NCBI GenBank assembly: GCA_964035545.1
Contig: OZ037765.1
Location: 34,930,080 to 34,994,079 of the forward strand
Reading direction: 5' to 3'
DNA: 64,000 nucleotides
Source: Bugula neritina
Lineage: Eukaryota > Animalia > Bryozoa
Shown: piece after piece, positions 63,858-64,000 of the stretch
Layout: each line of letters starts with the position of its first letter
Numbering within the stretch: position 1 is the first letter of the stretch
Made by a program: the position numbers and the translations under genes
Notes under the pieces: model-generated
The model's database searches: none
What the model saw: the letters and a program-made list of their open reading frames with translations, nothing else
What the model was told of the DNA's origin: nothing

Positions 63858-64000
63858 CTGAACTCTCCCTTCAGGCCTTACTCTCGCAGGGAGTACCTCC
63901 CTCGCTTTGGGTCGCGAAGGAGGTCTCTTGGGGCGGTGGTAGGTAGGCCTCGGGGGTGCCGAGGCTAGATTCTCAGCTACCTTTGTGGGCTCCCATCCAG

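Larger units (their letters stand above)
57945..64000 (-). mobile_element. Ty3/gypsy element 4, relative of element 1, running off the window end
   Basis: 3' LTR 57945-58253, then the same cgcccccaccagcagaaagccc PPT region as element 1; pol 63857-59977 (LIDSG, YLDD, RNase H, integrase) with a stop at 61950 and a frameshift near 61500-61560. Confidence 0.95.

Overview
AT-rich, intron-containing eukaryotic DNA, most likely from an invertebrate animal (species not identifiable from sequence alone). By hand-splicing at GT-AG junctions, the window holds two tandem + strand paralogous genes that both reconstruct to complete ORFs: gene A 1264-15056 (17 coding exons, 1543 aa) and gene B 34242-55926 (13 coding exons, 1306 aa). 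Both encode an unusual architecture: MGxxxS N-terminus, Pro-rich stalk, array of LRR cassette exons, ROC GTPase, COR, acidic linker, complete caspase (p20+p10). The LRR array is made of near-identical symmetric 144-nt exons (7 in A; 3 plus a remnant in B). Their differences concentrate at the predicted ligand-facing LRR positions, and their introns are largely co-amplified relics of a gypsy pol gene. The LRR-ROC-COR halves of A and B are very similar even in introns, while the caspase halves are deeply diverged with different S1-pocket residues. This looks like a diversifying innate-immune receptor-protease family (ROCO-caspase); that function is inference. The rest is transposon-dense: four minus-strand Ty3/gypsy elements (three carry an extra 3' zinc-finger/coiled-coil ORF), a nested DNA element with piggyBac-like ends and a ~0.87 kb internal inverted repeat, solo LTRs, a MITE and several minisatellites, one built from a splice-acceptor mimic.
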